32,000 nt of DNA from Mucisphaera calidilacus (GTDB taxonomy: Bacteria > Planctomycetota > Phycisphaerae > Phycisphaerales > Phycisphaeraceae): positions 2,850,001 to 2,882,000 of the forward strand of contig NZ_CP036280.1 of the NCBI RefSeq assembly GCF_007748075.1, given 5' to 3'. The position numbers and the translations under genes are program-made. This document shows positions 31,652 to 32,000 of the stretch, piece by piece (within the stretch, counting starts at the first letter, position 1; each line of letters opens with the position of its first letter). The notes below the pieces were generated by a model, which did no database searches, was not told the DNA's origin, and saw nothing but the letters and a program-made list of their open reading frames with translations.

Positions 31652-32000
31652 TCACAAGGCGAGTGCCAGCAGAACCACCGCTGCGACACACAGCAACGTC
31701 CGGACGTGATTCCATCGCGTCCAGTCGCGGCGGTAACGCGCCCAGAGCTCACGACCCTCATCAGAATCAAGCGACGCCTGATCGAGTTGATGATTGAGCG
31801 GAACATTGAAAAAAACAGTGATGCCGAAACCACCCACGACATAGAGACCCGCACCCGCGACCGCGTAGACAAAACCCGCCGCCCCTTCGAGCACGGCCCA
31901 GACAATGATGCCTAGGCAGACCAGCGTGGTCCCCATGAAAATCGACAGGAACAGCGGGTTCTGGATCCTCCGGTTGATGATCTGCATCGCCCGCATGCCC
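31652..32000 (-). CDS. DUF1772-like (anthrone oxygenase family) integral membrane protein, C-terminal part; the 5' end probably lies beyond the window end
   Basis: AMQIINRRIQNPLFLSIFMGT followed by further TM helices and WNHVRTLLCVAAVVLLALAL. The reading frame is still open at position 32000, and the family is normally about 150 aa. Confidence 0.5.
   Translation of the reverse strand, partial: GMRAMQIINRRIQNPLFLSIFMGTTLVCLGIIVWAVLEGAAGFVYAVAGAGLYVVGGFGITVFFNVPLNHQLDQASLDSDEGRELWARYRRDWTRWNHVRTLLCVAAVVLLALAL

Noticed and set aside
1-32000. Scan for tRNA, rRNA, CRISPR arrays, IS elements, integrases and prophage genes
   Set aside because: Intergenic space is too short almost everywhere (mostly under 100 nt). 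The four longer gaps (3179-3591, 6918-7177, 25129-25308, 27067-27252) show no cloverleaf-like sequence, no regularly spaced direct repeats and no terminal inverted repeats. No transposase-like or integrase-like ORF was seen.

Overview
This is a dense, GC-rich bacterial chromosomal segment (about two-thirds G+C by eye) with about 27 protein-coding genes. I found no rRNA, tRNA, CRISPR array, transposase or integrase. All product calls come from reading motifs by eye; no similarity search was possible.

Taxonomy (inference, not a database hit): PVC superphylum, most likely Planctomycetota (Phycisphaerae-like). The basis is four PEP-CTERM anchors, dockerin/EF-hand-like repeats and a DUF1559-type prepilin-leader protein with an H-X9-DG-like motif.

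Gene order, with strand:
- (-) O-methyltransferase (partial), alkaline-phosphatase-superfamily enzyme fused to TPR, PEP-CTERM protein A.
- (+) PEP-CTERM/dockerin-like protein B, prepilin-leader protein, S1 protease with dockerin-like repeats and PEP-CTERM, pheS, DUF1343/NamZ-like lipoprotein, HtrA-type protease.
- (-) Tat-signal Fe/Mn superoxide dismutase, divergent metallophosphoesterase.
- (+) ECF sigma factor, anti-sigma candidate, secreted coiled-coil protein.
- (-) QueC-like protein with a degenerate PP-loop.
- (+) class I glutamine amidotransferase, RNase D, RuBisCO-like protein fused to a cupin.
- (-) clan GH-A-like glycosidase, two ABC half-transporters, large secreted dockerin-like/PEP-CTERM protein, nucleotide-sugar dehydrogenase.
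- (+) thioredoxin, M16 peptidase, RibBA-like protein.
- (-) DUF1772-like membrane protein (partial).

Most interesting observations:
1. An in-frame RuBisCO-like-protein/cupin fusion. It may join two consecutive steps of an MTA-isoprenoid-shunt-type pathway.
2. A surface-display cluster, plus a reusable C-terminal cassette of 4 dockerin-like repeats and a PEP-CTERM anchor found on three unrelated proteins.
3. A QueC-like protein that keeps its Zn site but has lost the PP-loop, paired divergently with a stand-alone GATase.
4. A RibBA homologue lacking all three Zn cysteines of GTP cyclohydrolase II.
5. A heterodimeric ABC exporter with one degenerate ATP site, co-oriented with a secreted glycosidase.

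Many long ORFs in the supplied track are antisense or off-frame shadows typical of GC-rich DNA and were rejected.
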